Assembly: GCA_012026655.1 (NCBI GenBank)
Contig: JAAILG010001045.1
Coordinates: forward strand, 1-64,000
Origin: Hydrolagus affinis
Lineage: Eukaryota
Reading direction: 5' to 3'
Length of the DNA: 64,000 nt
In this document: piece after piece, positions 63,901 to 64,000 of the stretch
Numbering within the stretch: the first letter of the stretch is position 1
How the letters are laid out: every line of letters starts with the position of its first letter
Program-made: the position numbers and the translations under genes
The notes under the pieces: generated by a model
Told to the model about the DNA's origin: nothing
Databases searched by the model: none
The model's input: the letters and a program-made list of their open reading frames with translations, nothing else

Positions 63901-64000
63901 TAATTTGTACTGTGGAAAATTTATCACAACTTTTGACTTGTTTTGCTAGCTAACCTTGCTCATAAAAAAATTGGTATTTACAATTTGTTAAATTTTGCTA

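Noticed and set aside
1-64000. CRISPR array, operon or other prokaryotic or viral system
   Set aside because: Recurring motifs are dispersed retroelement tails in both orientations with irregular spacing; gene density and composition are vertebrate non-coding.

Overview
Repeat-rich, AT-rich vertebrate non-coding DNA (large intron or gene desert). The repeat complement points to a cartilaginous fish, probably a holocephalan such as elephant shark; this is inferred from recalled repeat consensus sequences, not from a search. It contains many decayed L2 and CR1 LINE fragments, a younger tRNA-derived SINE, older Deu-domain (SacSINE1-like), LmeSINE1-like and LF-SINE-like copies, and several non-autonomous DNA transposons, including one complete hAT MITE with a perfect 8-bp TSD. 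I recognise no protein-coding gene: almost all listed ORFs are LINE remnants, their antisense frames, simple repeats or chance. Splice-site-bounded candidate exons exist on both strands (a 12-nt plus-strand microexon and a phase-compatible minus-strand chain) but are unidentified. The best directly visible oddities are a covarying 3' stem-loop shared by SINE and L2 families, two short locally templated insertions, a ~790-bp long-TIR foldback element, and a decayed palindrome with a near-perfect core hairpin. I found no convincing novel multi-gene system. Boundaries of old repeats are approximate.
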